This document shows, one piece after another, positions 7,577-11,099 of a DNA stretch of 11,099 nt. The DNA comes from Leidyana gryllorum EB-2025a (lineage: Eukaryota; Protista; Apicomplexa), in contig JBLWGC010000119.1 in the NCBI GenBank assembly GCA_048772705.1, positions 1 through 11,099 on the forward strand. The letters run 5' to 3'. Each line of letters starts with the position of its first letter. The first letter of the stretch is position 1. Both the position numbers and the translations under genes were made by a program. The notes beneath the pieces were generated by a model. It did no database searches. It saw nothing but the letters and a program-made list of their open reading frames with translations, and was not told the origin of the DNA.

Positions 7577-9997
7577 TCATGGCGTCATATAATGGGGCGG
7601 CGACCCTTGCAAAGTTTGGGACGAATCGGCGGTAGTAATTGACCAGGCCAAGTGCGCTTTGCGTTTCGCGGAGAGTGGTAGGTACGGGTATATTTTCGAT
7701 TGCTTCACATTGGTCCTTAGTGGTTTGATTCCCTCGGCGGAGATGGTATGCCCCACGTAATCGACTTCGTCTAGGAAGAACCTTGATTTCCGCCGATGGA
7801 CGATGAGCTGGTGATGGTTCAAACGGGAGAAAACGTCTATCAGGTGAGTGCGGTGGGATTCGAAATCTGTGCTGAACACTAAGACGTCGTCTAGGTAGAC
7901 GAACACAAACTCTCCACTGATGTCGCGAAAGACGAGATTCATGAGAGACATGAATGTGGCTGGGGCATTGCACAATCCGTTTGGCATGCTGACCCATTCA
8001 AAGAGACCCCACGGAGTCGTGAAAGCGGTGAGTGCGCGGCTGGAAGGGTGAACTCTGACTTGGTGGAAACCGCTTTTGAGGTCGAGCGTGCTGAAGACGC
8101 GCGCTCCGTTCAGGACCATTAGGGCGTCGTGGAGATTCGGCATGGGGTAGGCGGCTTTGACTGTGCGTCCGTTAAGTGCTCGATAGTCACATACGAGGCG
8201 GGGTGTTGTGGTATCTTTCTTGGGCACGAAGAGGCAAGGTGAAGCCCATGTGGACGTCGAGTGCGTGATCTTCCCTTCCTCGAGTAAGGTAAGTAATTGT
8301 TCCTTCATTTCCCGTATGTATACTTGTGGCACGCGGTAGGGGGGTCTGGCGTATGCTGGGGCGTGGACGTTCGTGAGGGTGATGCGGTGGTCGATTCCTG
8401 GGCGGACTGGGGGGGTAGGAGGTTGTTCGAGAAAGACCGCGGGGAAGCGTTCGGCGAGAAACAATGCCTTCTCCGGGATGGGGACTCGCACAGGTGGCGG
8501 CACTCCTGTCGAGGGGAGGTCGTGGCGCGTCGGCAGGTCAGACGGGGGTATTCTCGCTACGTGTACGGAGGTGCGGTGGGTGACTATGCGGAGTCGTTCA
8601 TTTCCCGTTTCTATTTTTATGCGTGCTCTGATTATATCTGGGGTACCCAGAATGAGGTCGTATGTGGCTTGAGGTACCACCAAAGCCGTGATTGTGAGCG
8701 GCGGTCTGGCGTGGAGGTGGAGAGTAAGTATGGCGGAAGCTGAGGTGGTTTCCTCGGACCACAGTCCCTTGATTTGGACGTGGGAAGATTGTGTAGGGAG
8801 TTGAAGTTGTTCAACAACGTGTTTGCAGACGCAGCTGGCCTCTGCCCCAGTGTCGACCAGGATGACGGCTCGGGGCAGCTGCGTGTCCTTCCAGGGGTGG
8901 CTTATCCGCCAGACGGCAGTGAGCGCCCGACCTACTTGGGCATTTCGGTCGGGCCTAGCGGAAAATCCGAAACGGTCATGTCTTGAGTATCGGCCTCGAT
9001 GACGTGGACTCGGCGAGTTTTCGTTGGTTGCAGCGGTCGTGGTTGGAGGAGGTCTCTTGCGGTCGTCCCTGGGTTGAGGGCAGGCTGCGGAGCGGTGTTC
9101 GTTGCTCCCACAGTTGAAGCATCGCCGTTCTTCTACACACTGGGTGTAAGAGAAGGGGCAACGGGATCCTACAGATCCACCACTTGGTGTGACTCTGTAG
9201 TGGAAGACGTCGGCGGTCGTAGAGCGGTTACCGACACGTTCAGCCCACTCCAGGGCGCGTCGTGCGGCTTCCTCGAAGGTCACTGACAGGTTGGCGGCCA
9301 CGAGTTGATCGTCTGACGCGGGAAGTCCGCGATAGAACATCTTTACCAGTAGGTCATCTGGTACTGTCTGGGGTATGGCTCGGCGGAGTCTACGGCTCTC
9401 GTCTACGTATTCCTGCATTGATGCTGTCTTTCGCAGGTCTACGAAGCGCGTGAATGGGTCGTCCGAGGTGGATCGGGGGGCGAATTCTTTGATGAAGGCG
9501 GTTTTGAAGTGTTCCCACCCTTGTTCTGGTAGGTCGGGTAGCGTTAGGGCCCATTGAGCGGCAGAACCGTGGAGATATGAGCAAGCCCACGCCGCGCGAT
9601 GTTCTTCGGGGGTATGGCGGGTCCTGAACCTCAGTGAAATCGCGTCCAGCCACTCCTGTGCTTCTCTACGGCGTCGTCCATCAAATGGTTGCATGTTCTT
9701 CAGGGGATCTTGTCCGTCGGTGAAGGGGTGAAGTTGTGTGGATACAGCTGGCGGTGGTGGACTTGTCGGGGGTGCCGGTCCGGGGGCGCTGGGTTTGGCT
9801 GCGTTCGTCTTCAGCAGAGTAAGAATTTCGAGCATCGTGTGGTTCAGGGCATCTAAGCTGACCGAGCTGTCTAGGTGAGTTGTGGATAGGGATTCGGCTG
9901 AAGCGGATGTTGGTTCTTTAGGCGGGTGCGTGGCTTCCAACGACGCACTGCTACCAGTTTCAGCCCCGTGGGCTCGTGTTGATCGTTTTGCAGGCAT
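7577..9997 (-). CDS. gag-pol: Gag-protease-reverse transcriptase polyprotein of B2 (806 aa from the first ATG; truncated by a frameshift near 7717)
   Basis: First ATG in GCCATG context at 9997. Capsid-like region, CCHC knuckle CFNCGSNEHRSAAC, protease LVDTGA..DLILG, RT DYRALN/DLKSGFHQ/NAPATF/YLDD, all in one frame. Confidence 0.92.
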   Translation of the reverse strand: MPAKRSTRAHGAETGSSASLEATHPPKEPTSASAESLSTTHLDSSVSLDALNHTMLEILTLLKTNAAKPSAPGPAPPTSPPPPAVSTQLHPFTDGQDPLKNMQPFDGRRRREAQEWLDAISLRFRTRHTPEEHRAAWACSYLHGSAAQWALTLPDLPEQGWEHFKTAFIKEFAPRSTSDDPFTRFVDLRKTASMQEYVDESRRLRRAIPQTVPDDLLVKMFYRGLPASDDQLVAANLSVTFEEAARRALEWAERVGNRSTTADVFHYRVTPSGGSVGSRCPFSYTQCVEERRCFNCGSNEHRSAACPQPRDDRKRPPPTTTAATNENSPSPRHRGRYSRHDRFGFSARPDRNAQVGRALTAVWRISHPWKDTQLPRAVILVDTGAEASCVCKHVVEQLQLPTQSSHVQIKGLWSEETTSASAILTLHLHARPPLTITALVVPQATYDLILGTPDIIRARIKIETGNERLRIVTHRTSVHVARIPPSDLPTRHDLPSTGVPPPVRVPIPEKALFLAERFPAVFLEQPPTPPVRPGIDHRITLTNVHAPAYARPPYRVPQVYIREMKEQLLTLLEEGKITHSTSTWASPCLFVPKKDTTTPRLVCDYRALNGRTVKAAYPMPNLHDALMVLNGARVFSTLDLKSGFHQVRVHPSSRALTAFTTPWGLFEWVSMPNGLCNAPATFMSLMNLVFRDISGEFVFVYLDDVLVFSTDFESHRTHLIDVFSRLNHHQLIVHRRKSRFFLDEVDYVGHTISAEGIKPLRTNVKQSKIYPYLPLSAKRKAHLAWSITTADSSQTLQGSPPHYMTP
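9944..9956 (-). other. Primer-binding site, probably initiator tRNA-Met
   Basis: TGGTAGCAGTGCG one nt after the 5' LTR. TGGTAGCAG complements the ...CUGCUACCA 3' end of many eukaryotic tRNAiMet. Confidence 0.8.
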
Positions 9998-10249
9998 GGC
10001 AGTCGGTTTGTTCGAGTCGTGCAACAGGTAAAAATTGGACACACGTGTGTCTGCGCGTCTCCGGCCGGCCGGCCGTTGACGGAGACGGGCTATCCGCCGG
10101 ATTGGCTTCGGCCAACCGACTACAGACTTCCGCAAGGTCCTTTTCTAGGCCGCAACTGTCGGCCACCTCGTATGGTGCCGATGCCGGGGGCCAGTTGCGT
10201 GGGTTGGTCGAGGAGGGGGGTCGGAGCGTTGGCTCTCGTTGGGCTAACA
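9958..10249 (-). repeat. 5' LTR of B2
   Basis: Direct repeat of 5009-5300, followed by the PBS. Confidence 0.96.
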
Positions 10250-10254
10250 CGAAC
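10250..10254. repeat. Target-site duplication CGAAC (right)
   Basis: Matches 5004-5008. Confidence 0.92.
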
Positions 10255-10370
10255 ACACACAGATAGACTTACCCTTTTGAACCGGCTTACCTTTTAGTGA
10301 TCAGAACTGTGGATGCCGACCGAACTTAGATCAGGACGAACCGTAGACAGACCATTAGAGCAACACTACA
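10255..10370 (+). repeat. Right part of the 3' LTR of element C (reconstructed LTR 214 bp, TGTAG...CTACA)
   Basis: Ends in CTACA, the inverted complement of TGTAG at 4911. A different integrase frame begins at 10371. Confidence 0.82.
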
Positions 10371-11099
10371 GAATACCTCATCAGGCCTCACGGGTGTCCG
10401 GAATCGATCATTTGTGATAGAGACTCTCGCTGGTGCTCAGACGTGTGGACAGAAATGTTGAAGATCATGGGAACCAAACTAAGACCTAGCACCGCCTTCC
10501 ATCCCCAAACAAACGGCATGGTCGAGAGGGGGCATCGAACGGCATTGCAAGTACTCAGAACGGTTTGTACCGAGATGGGAGACAATTGGGCGCAACTAAT
10601 CCCAACGGTTGAGATGGCGATCAATTCAGCATTGAACGAATCCATTGGAATGTCTCCGCACGAGGCCGACACGGGAGTACCATTCAGGACCCCTCTAGCA
10701 GCAGCCATACCTAGCAATCCGGACAGAGCCCGAAAACCCCTCCAGCTGGAAGCGGAACGCTTACAAGAGATAACGGATCGAATTCGAGCAGCACAGAACA
10801 AGCAGAAGACGGCGGCGGATGCGAATCGGAGGAACGAATGTCACCAGGAAGGCGACTATGTACTATTGTCCGCAAAGCAGCTCAAAGGACTACGCAGAAC
10901 GAAACTATCCCACAACTGGATCGGGCCCTTCAGGATAAACGCCTGCATTCCAGGAGACGTCTACCAACTTGAATTGCCCAGTAGCTTGCAAGTGCATAAT
11001 AGATTCCATGTGAGTCGCCTAAGGTGCTATAACGGGCCGCCACCGGAGAACCCACAACCGGTTTACCAAATGGAAGCAGTCAAGGGCGAGAAACTCAGA
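10371..11099 (+). pseudogene. pol: 5'-interrupted integrase of a fourth, more divergent family D (runs off the window; absent from the ORF track)
   Basis: Manual translation is open for 243 codons: EYLIRPHGCPESIICDRDSRW...STAFHPQTNGMVER...LSHNWIGPFRI...YQLELP...FHVSRL...VYQMEAVKGE (probable start of a chromodomain). Confidence 0.92.

Larger units (their letters stand above)
5171..7718 (-). pseudogene. pol: Distal pol of B2 (RT connection, RNase H, integrase HHCC/DDE, GPF, chromodomain), frameshifted twice
   Basis: Motifs GLVNYYRRFV, HTDAS, RELLAV, TDHRPL, H..H..CQTC, MDF, ISDRD, NGLAER, CGPF, VKWRGY. Apparent 1-nt loss at ~7717 and a 17-nt deletion at 5916/5917 relative to B1. Confidence 0.93.
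5009..10249 (-). mobile_element. Full-length Ty3/gypsy chromovirus-like element, family B copy 2 (B2), 5241 bp
   Basis: Two 292-bp direct LTRs, 5-bp TSD, PBS, PPT, and gag-PR-RT-RH-IN-chromo domain order. Confidence 0.97.

Noticed and set aside
7700-7730. Programmed frameshift (CTA AGG resembles Ty1 CTT AGG C)
   Set aside because: The shift needed is -1, not +1. The site is inside RT rather than at gag/pol, and family A has the extra base in frame.
6668-9557. Numerous short + strand ORFs antisense to B2 and other shadow ORFs
   Set aside because: No recognisable motifs. They are expected by-products of GC-rich coding sequence and the 60-bp repeat.
9998-10135. N-terminal 46 aa of the 852-aa ORF call
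   Set aside because: It starts at a non-ATG codon in U3. The first ATG is at 9997 and matches the ATG position in LTR A.
1-11099. Prokaryotic RT system (retron, DGR, group II intron) or env-bearing retrovirus
   Set aside because: RT is Ty3/gypsy type with PR-RT-RH-IN order, LTRs, PBS and PPT. Pol runs to or into the 3' LTR, leaving no room for env.

Overview
Eukaryotic retrotransposon-dense DNA with no host genes. It consists entirely of Ty3/gypsy LTR retrotransposons with chromodomain-type integrases (chromovirus-like), from four families here called A-D, nested inside one another. On the + strand, element A (degenerate pol plus 3' LTR, 1-3082) abuts the integrase of copy B1 (3083-4092). 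B1 abuts the integrase of element C (4093-5008 + 10250-10370), and C abuts the integrase of element D (10371-end). A complete 5241-bp second copy of family B (B2, - strand, 5009-10249) has 292-bp LTRs that appear identical, a CGAAC target-site duplication, a PBS and a PPT, and sits inside the 3' LTR of C. The main unusual points are: (1) families A and B have non-canonical TG...AA LTR ends; (2) the LTRs code at both ends, with a Gag start codon in U5 in the same phase in three families and a conserved Pol tail in U3 in two; (3) three divergent LTRs share a GTCTCCG/GCCGGCCGGC/CGGAGAC hairpin; (4) LTR A carries a pre-miRNA-sized hairpin; (5) three successive junctions fall in the same ~220-nt integrase-core window; (6) an in-frame LTR-integrase/chromodomain fusion ORF; (7) a ~1-kb inverted repeat. 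The host organism cannot be determined from this window.
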